Source: Flavobacteriales bacterium
GTDB lineage: Bacteria; Bacteroidota; Bacteroidia; Flavobacteriales_D; JAHECK01
Assembly (NCBI GenBank): GCA_024641785.1
Contig: JAHECK010000003.1
Location: forward strand, 1 to 56,904
DNA length: 56,904 bases
Direction: 5' to 3'
Within the stretch, counting starts at the first letter, position 1, and each line of letters starts with the position of its first letter. Shown here piece by piece: positions 54,717-56,904 of this stretch. The notes beneath the pieces are model-generated. The model was not told the origin of the DNA and did not search any database. It worked only from the letters and a program-made list of their open reading frames with translations. Made by a program: the position numbers and the translations under genes.

Positions 54717-56904
54717 CTATTTATTAAAGATACTTTCAATTTTTTGACCTACCCATTTCCCGATGCGGTTAAATGCATTTGTAAATAAGGTGATCCCAAA
54801 TAGTAAGGTAAGCATCCAAATAACAAGCGTATTTGCCCATAAGGTAGGCACCCACTGTCCGAATAAACGCTTATACGGCGAATAGAAATGCGAATTTAGA
54901 AAGGTGCTTGTATAGGGCTTAATATAGATGTAATCTTTCTTAGATATTAATCTACCTTCGAACTCCTGGATAAAGGTTGTGGTATTACTATTGGTCAAAA
55001 AAGTGTTTAAATTATCATTGCTATAAGCATCCTTAAAATCGATAAATTTTTCTTTACCCATCTGTTCTTCATAACTGATGATAATGTTATCCTTTTTCCG
55101 ATTATTCCGATTATAGATTTTATTATAATGCTTCCCAATTTTTTCTAATAATGCATAGGTTTCATTATAAACATCCATTGTAAATTTTTTGGCATTCAAA
55201 TTTGAACCATCAAATTCAAAATCTAAAAATTTACTTTCAGATTCCAAGGCATTTCTTACAATACCCAAATCATAATTAAGCTTGTTGGTCGATCCTTTGT
55301 CATCTGGATTTTGAATAGCACGTTTTGCGCTTCTTAAATGATTTCCAACCACATCTTTCCAGCTCCCTTTTTTATAATTGGCAAATTTTAGTTTGCTTTC
55401 AAGTGGATAGAATTTCTTTTCATATTCATTGTCTATGAATTGATTTACAGCCAATGCTTCGTATGCCCATCTTGAGGTCATTATATTCCCAATAATTGGA
55501 ACACCATTCTGGGAGGCAAAAAGTGGATTTAATTTATCGAATTTCACTATAACTCCACTAAATAATAATTGAGGAATAATAATGATCGGGATAATGATGT
55601 AGATCACTTTTACCGATTTGAGTGATGCCGAAATATTTAATCCAAGAATATTGGCAAAGGCACTTGCGCTAAACAATACAACCCAATAGGGAAATATCAT
55701 TCCTTTTATTCCAAGAATTAAATTTCCAAGAATCACAAAACTTAAAGTCTGAAGTAAGGAGATGATAAATAATATCGAAATCTTGGCAAAGAGATAACTT
55801 CCTTTGCTTAAATTAAGGAAAGATTCACGTGTCAAAATCTTTTTATCGCGGATAATTTCCTCAGCGCTAACTGTAAGTCCGATAAAAATAGCAACGATCA
55901 CCGACATAAAAATGAATACCGGTATATTTTCATTTAATCTGAAATTATAAACTGCTTCTGACTCACCACCTGTTTGCACAAAACGAAGAAACCAGGCTAA
56001 AAACACGGCTAATAGCGGGGCTTCAAGAGAGTTGATGATCATGTACTGTCTATTGGCAAGTTTTGTCAGAACATCACGAACAGCAAACACTTTAAATTGG
56101 TTTAATTTACTTGGAACTTTGAAGATATTTTTCGGCAATTTTGTTTTTTCAACCTTTTTGCCACTATTTTCATTGCCCGTTTTTTCCAAGTAGATCTTGT
56201 TCCAGTCTTCGGCACTTTTCTTCCTTATTTCTGTAAAATTCCCATCTTCATCAACTATATTCGACTCAATAATATTGAATATTTGTTCGGGATTTACATT
56301 ACCACAAGTAGGGCATTCGCTCTCTTCGCAATTTGCATGACCAATTACCCTTTTAAAATAAACGATCGATTCAACCGGGTTCCCTTTATATACAGGATAT
56401 CCTCCTTGATCAAGAATCAATAGATCATCGAACATTTTAAAAATATCTGAACTTGGCTGATGAATCACTACAAATACCAACTTGCCCTTTAAAGCGAGTT
56501 GTTTTAGTAAATCCATAATATTTTCAGAATCCCTGGAAGATAATCCGGAGGTAGGTTCATCAACAAATAAAACTGCCGGCTCGCGAATAAGCTCTAAGGC
56601 GATGTTTAATCGTTTCCTTTGCCCTCCGCTTACCGTTTTGTCAAGCGGACTCCCGACTTTTAAATTTCGTGCTTCGAATAGGCCTAATGAACGTAAAGTC
56701 TCATTAACCTTTTCTATTATGGTGATCTCATCTAAATTTCCAAAACAAAGTTTGGCATTATAAAAGAGATTTTGAAAAACGGTCAGCTCATCAAATAAAA
56801 GATCATCTTGGGCTACATATCCGATCAATCCTTCTATTTGAGATTTATCATTATGTATATCGTAGCCATTGATCAATACCTGTCCACCTGTTGGCGGATT
56901 ATTT
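54717..56904 (-). CDS. ABCG-type (ABC-2) fused ATP-binding/permease transporter, 5' end outside the window
   Basis: Has the ABC signature VSGGQRKRLNIA, Walker B LFVDEPTSGLS and a C-terminal ABC-2 membrane domain. The reading frame stays open to the window edge (..NNPPTGGQVLINGYD..), so Walker A lies beyond 56904. The track's TTG start at 56876 is internal. Confidence 0.85.
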   Translation of the reverse strand, partial: NNPPTGGQVLINGYDIHNDKSQIEGLIGYVAQDDLLFDELTVFQNLFYNAKLCFGNLDEITIIEKVNETLRSLGLFEARNLKVGSPLDKTVSGGQRKRLNIALELIREPAVLFVDEPTSGLSSRDSENIMDLLKQLALKGKLVFVVIHQPSSDIFKMFDDLLILDQGGYPVYKGNPVESIVYFKRVIGHANCEESECPTCGNVNPEQIFNIIESNIVDEDGNFTEIRKKSAEDWNKIYLEKTGNENSGKKVEKTKLPKNIFKVPSKLNQFKVFAVRDVLTKLANRQYMIINSLEAPLLAVFLAWFLRFVQTGGESEAVYNFRLNENIPVFIFMSVIVAIFIGLTVSAEEIIRDKKILTRESFLNLSKGSYLFAKISILFIISLLQTLSFVILGNLILGIKGMIFPYWVVLFSASAFANILGLNISASLKSVKVIYIIIPIIIIPQLLFSGVIVKFDKLNPLFASQNGVPIIGNIMTSRWAYEALAVNQFIDNEYEKKFYPLESKLKFANYKKGSWKDVVGNHLRSAKRAIQNPDDKGSTNKLNYDLGIVRNALESESKFLDFEFDGSNLNAKKFTMDVYNETYALLEKIGKHYNKIYNRNNRKKDNIIISYEEQMGKEKFIDFKDAYSNDNLNTFLTNSNTTTFIQEFEGRLISKKDYIYIKPYTSTFLNSHFYSPYKRLFGQWVPTLWANTLVIWMLTLLFGITLFTNAFNRIGKWVGQKIESIFNK

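Overview
AT-rich chromosomal segment. The gene content points to Bacteroidota, probably a Flavobacteriia-like organism: several T9SS C-terminal sorting domains, a TonB-dependent receptor, TAnnTTTG -7 promoter boxes, a stand-alone atpDC pair and Na+-NQR. Most of the window is ordinary core or accessory metabolism. This includes ribF with a pnuC/NR-kinase salvage operon, atpD-atpC, a very large PFOR-type 2-oxoacid oxidoreductase, a two-component system, and a TonB receptor flanked by HmuY-like proteins. It also includes an arsR/arsI-like/SRPBCC metal cluster, a LysM-transglycosylase + 2x SGNH + MBOAT cluster, nqrABCDEF-apbE, mazG, a peroxiredoxin, a ZIP transporter, a SiaB/SiaC-like partner-switch pair and a truncated ABCG-type transporter. 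No rRNA, tRNA, CRISPR array, integrase or transposase was seen. The stand-out region is about 8.65-15.05 kb, between atpC and the PFOR gene. It holds two tandem 'short + long' pairs of a lipoprotein family I cannot assign. All four share a nearly invariant lipoprotein signal peptide and a Bacteroidetes-type surface-export motif. Each pair follows a ~0.7 kb AT-rich non-coding leader, and the two leaders carry homologous hairpins with compensatory base changes. The two long members add a ~160-aa C-terminal module with a conserved Cys (GWCAD) and a Q-x-A-L-W motif, which resembles internal thioester (TED/TQXA) adhesin domains. All family calls come from reading the translations by eye; no database search or structure prediction was possible.
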